Of a stretch of 64,000 nucleotides of DNA, positions 61,270 through 64,000 are shown in pieces; the first letter of the stretch is position 1; every line of letters begins with the position of its first letter. The stretch is from Sarea resinae (Eukaryota): positions 1-64,000 of the forward strand of contig JAPEUD010000013.1 of assembly GCA_026026165.1 (NCBI GenBank), written 5' to 3'. Made by a program: the position numbers and the translations under genes. The notes under the pieces were generated by a model. That model ran no database searches. It was not told where the DNA came from and saw nothing but the letters and a program-made list of their open reading frames with translations.

Positions 61270-63880
61270 ATGCCAAAACCTACGAAACAGAAGGCCCCCA
61301 AAGGCGCATCGGCGCACGCTGGTGAAGGGTCAAATATCAGTATGGCGATTTCTCCGTTCATCTTGGCCGATCTCCTGGGTAATTGACTGACTGAACGAAC
61401 CAGCTGATCCGCGGTTTGCCAACATACAGACCGATCCGCGGTACAGGCTTCCGAGCAAAAAGCACACTCATGTAAAGCTCGACAAACGCTTTGCGCGTAT
61501 GTTGCGCGATGACGAGTTCTCGCAGAAAGCATCCGTGGATCGATATGGGCGTAAAATACCCAAGGATAAAGGTAGAAAGGAGCTGGAGAGGTTCTACAGG
61601 GTGGAGGAGGATGAGGAGGATGACGATGACGAGGGCGAAGAGAAAAATAATGCTGAGGTAGAGGTGGACGAGGACGATGTTGTGAGGAAAGAGCTTGAGA
61701 GAGTGGAGAGGAAACATGATCCCGCCAGACAAGGGGGCTTTTCATCATCCTCGGAGGAAAGCTCGTCTGAGGAGGAGGAGGATGAAGCGGACGAGGAAGA
61801 GGAAGAGGTGATGTTTGGTGGATTTCCCGACGCCCAAGCTTCCCAGCAACGAGAGGTCCCTATGGGCGACGTGTCGTCGCGACTTGCGGTAGTGAACCTC
61901 GATTGGGACAATATAAGAGCTGCAGACCTCTTGGCGGTCTTCTCGAGTTTTGCACCCGCTGATGGGAGGATACTGAAAGTTTCTGTTTACCCCAGCGAGT
62001 TTGGACGAGAGCGCATGGAACGGGAGGAATTAGAAGGCCCGCCTCGGGAGATTTTCAACGACGATGATGATGCCGTTTCTGACCAGGAGGACTCGGACTC
62101 TGCAGAGGAAGACGAGAAGATCAAACGCCAGCTCCTCAAGGAAGACAAGGGAGATGAGTTCGACTCGACGAAGCTACGACGATACCAGCTGGAACGTCTG
62201 CGCTACTACTACGCCGTGCTCACCTGTTCGTCGCCTTCTGTCGCGAAAGCCATCTACGACACTACGGACGGGACAGAATACCTGACGACGGCCAATTTCT
62301 TCGATCTCCGCTTCATCCCGGACGACGTCAGCTTCGACGACGATAAGCCGCGCGACGAGTGTGAGCGCATCCCGGACGGCTACCGACCGAATGAATTCGT
62401 CACGGACGCCCTCCAACATAGTAAAGTCAAACTGACCTGGGACGCCGATGACGTGGTCCGGAAAGACGTCCAGCGCCGGGCCTTTTCGGGCTCGAAAGCG
62501 GACATTGGCGAGAACGACCTCAAAGCTTACCTCGGCAGCGACAGCTCCGACGATGAAGCCGACGATGATGATGATGATGATGATGATCCCATCGAAGACC
62601 AAACCGAGGCGCCTAAGATGTCCAGAAAAGAAGCCGAGCGCCAGCGCATGCGCGCCCTTCTCGGTCTCGGCGACTCTTCTGCGCCAAGCACGCGCAAATC
62701 CAAATCCAAAGACGCGGACGGCGGCCGGCCGGTAGGCGACATGCAAATCACATTCACGTCGGGTCTCTCAACAGCCGATCCCTCTGCGGCGGCGGCGGGT
62801 AAGAACAAGTCCGTCTTCGAGAACTCGCCCGAGCGCGAGGAAACGACGGTCGAGAAATACGTGCGGAAGGAAAAAGAACGGAAAGCTCGGCGCAAGGAGA
62901 AGCTCAAGGCCTCCCGGACCGGCGAGTCGACGGGTGAAGGGACTACTGCTGCTGCTTCTGCGGAGACTGGGACGTCTAAAGCCGCTACCCCTGTCGCGGT
63001 AGCGGAAGATGGCGAGGAAGAGGAAGACCTGGGCTTCGACGATCCTTTCTTCACGGCCGGTCCCCGCGCCGCCGAGGGCGACGACGACGACATGCCCCCG
63101 CTCTCCAAAGCGGACCTCAAACGCGCCAAGCGTGACAAGAAGAAGCAGAAGAAACATCGACACGACCACGATGATGATGATGACGACGCAGCAGCAGCCG
63201 AAGCCAAAGCGCGCCAACGGGCCGAGCTCGAACTGCTAATGCTAGACGACCACCCCACTCTCGCCGCGGCCGCGGCCGCCGACGCCGACGACGGCGCCAC
63301 GGAAGCTCAAGAACGACAACGGCGCATCGCGCACTTTGACATGGCCGCGATCGAAAAGGCCGAGAAGCGCAAGAACAAGAACAAGAAAGCGAAACAGGCC
63401 AGGAAGAAAGGCGCCAATAGAAACGCCTCTGGTACTACAGAGACGGAGCAGGAAGAGGAGCAGCAACCCGGCTTCGCGCTCGATGTCAAGGATCCTCGCT
63501 TCCAGGCCCTGTACGAGAAACACGAGTTCGCTATCGATCCCACCAGTGCTCGGTTCAGGGATACGCAGGGGATGCGGTCGTTGCTTGAGGAGGGGCGGAA
63601 GAGGAGGAGGAGAGGTGGTGGTGGTGGTGGTGGTGGTGGTGATGGGGAGGGCGAGGGCGAAGATGGAGCGGCGGTTGGGGACGGGGTTGGTGATAGGGGT
63701 GGAGCAATAGGTGGGCGAGAAAAGGCCGGCAAGAAGAGGAAGGGGAGGGTCGGGGATGGTGGAGAGGGTGAAGAAGATGCGGGAATGGTGGGGGGAGTGG
63801 GTGGGGCCGGCGATGGCGGCGAGCTGGAGCGGCTGGTCAAGAGGGTCAAGAGTAAAGTTGGTGGTAGTGGTGGTCGATGA
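61270..63880 (+). CDS. ESF1: Pre-rRNA processing protein Esf1 (NUC153 domain), 2 exons
   Basis: ITDPRFANIQTDPRYR, VDRYGRK, RLAVVNLDWDNIRAADL, VYPSEFGRERM, LRRYQLERLRYYYAV and DVKDPRFQALYEKHEFAIDPT. Confidence 0.95.
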
Positions 63881-64000
63881 GATGAGATGCGATGAGACGA
63901 GATCAGGTCGATGGGTAAATAGACAAATCAGCCAAATGAATGGACAAATAGATCGGTGATATTTCAGTGCCCGTCTGATTGTGATGCGAGATCGTGAGGT

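Noticed and set aside
62527..63849. Antisense Ser/Pro-rich ORFs over ESF1
   Set aside because: Mirror frames of acidic and Gly-rich codon runs in ESF1.

Overview
Intron-containing eukaryotic DNA from a filamentous ascomycete (Pezizomycotina-type genes, GT-AG introns with CTRAC/CTAAC branch sites). Two dense housekeeping blocks are present. The first (1-21 kb) holds SYF1, U1A/U2B'', VMA8, a peroxisomal alpha/beta hydrolase, an EF-hand NDE1, SCC2, RPA12 and LIA1/DOHH. The second (40.9-64 kb) holds URB1, an Eap1-like 4E-binding protein, GID8, URK1, NDUFS4, ATP17, a PRRC2-like protein and ESF1. Between them lies a ~19.5 kb accessory island (about 21.0-40.4 kb). The island contains: (i) two diverged, spliced paralogous genes encoding a uracil-DNA-glycosylase-superfamily (family-4-like) domain fused to 2-3 Cys4 zinc-ribbon repeats, each followed by a near-identical array of 5-6 C(UUCG)G-tetraloop hairpin repeats and a shared ~37-nt tail (the best candidate for an undescribed system); (ii) at least six copies of a phase-0 CCHC zinc-knuckle exon module linked to PQQA minisatellite exons, most of them degraded with RIP-like CpA->TpA changes; (iii) hAT-type MITEs with 8-bp target-site duplications; and (iv) an intron-containing tRNA-Gln(CTG). 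All family assignments were made by eye; no database searches were run. CDS coordinates span start to stop including introns.
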